Source: Candidatus Aenigmatarchaeota archaeon (lineage in GTDB: Archaea > Aenigmatarchaeota > Aenigmatarchaeia > CG10238-14 > SCSR01). Taken from it: 25,893 nt of DNA. A program made the position numbers and the translations under genes. The notes under the pieces were generated by a model. That model made no database searches. It was not told the DNA's origin and saw only the letters and a program-made list of their open reading frames with translations. Location of the stretch: NCBI GenBank assembly GCA_039090665.1, contig JAWCSL010000010.1, forward strand, positions 1 through 25,893, given 5' to 3'. Positions 25,498-25,893 of the stretch are shown piece by piece (positions within the stretch are counted from its first letter, which is position 1; each line of letters starts with the position of its first letter).

Positions 25498-25893
25498 CTA
25501 TTTAATCTTTAAAGTGCCTCCCCCACCAGTTATTAATATACTAGAAATTCTTATCCAAGTTTCTTCAGGACCTAAAGTTGCAGTAATTTCCTCATTTCCA
25601 ATGCTTGTTGTTGGTTCTGGGGAAGTGTATTTGCGAACAAAATAAGTTTCAACAAAATAAGGAGGTTTTTGTATAGTAGAAGGAATGCCATTTGTTTTAT
25701 CATATCTTCCACCTAATTCATAGTTTAAAACAAATACTGGTGTAGATTTACTAGTAGTTGTTCCATCTCCAAGTTGACCATAAGTATTATAACCCCAACA
25801 CATAGCTGTTCCATTTGATAATAAAGCACATGTATGAGAACCTCCTGCAGCTATTGCTACTGCATTTGTTAATCCTGAAACAAATACTGGTGT
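25498..25893 (-). CDS. 3' end of an RCC1/BLIP-II repeat protein, probably surface-exposed; runs off the window edge
   Basis: Frame open from 25893: [55 protein letters not shown]...[34 protein letters not shown] recurs at a 150-nt period. Confidence 0.85.
   Translation of the reverse strand, partial: TPVFVSGLTNAVAIAAGGSHTCALLSNGTAMCWGYNTYGQLGDGTTTSKSTPVFVLNYELGGRYDKTNGIPSTIQKPPYFVETYFVRKYTSPEPTTSIGNEEITATLGPEETWIRISSILITGGGGTLKIK

Overview
AT-rich, densely packed archaeal housekeeping region. The gene content and reduced operons suggest a small-genome DPANN-type archaeon (inference). It encodes MinD, PheS/PheT, TrpS, GlyS, FEN1, SepF, an rps6e-aIF2gamma-PIN-rpoE'-spt4-rps24e-rps27ae cluster interrupted by an antisense pilin, the RNase P/proteasome/exosome superoperon, and the rnp4-rps19e cluster. 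It also carries two tRNA-Pro genes flanking a free-standing LAGLIDADG endonuclease gene, a HerA-like ATPase, an IS1-like zinc-ribbon remnant and the 3' end of an RCC1-repeat gene. The main discovery is that the proteasome alpha-subunit gene (psmA) is interrupted just after its YDR motif by a 31-nt insert (14624-14654). The insert carries in-frame stops and folds into a bulge-helix-bulge (BHB) structure. Cutting it at the canonical tRNA-splicing-endonuclease positions exactly restores YDRTIAVFSPDG, so it is a predicted tRNA-type intron in an mRNA. Other notable points are probable AUU and other non-AUG starts, an aIF2gamma with a eukaryote-like GHVAHGK P-loop, and a reciprocal swap of the tails of two conserved archaeal superoperons.
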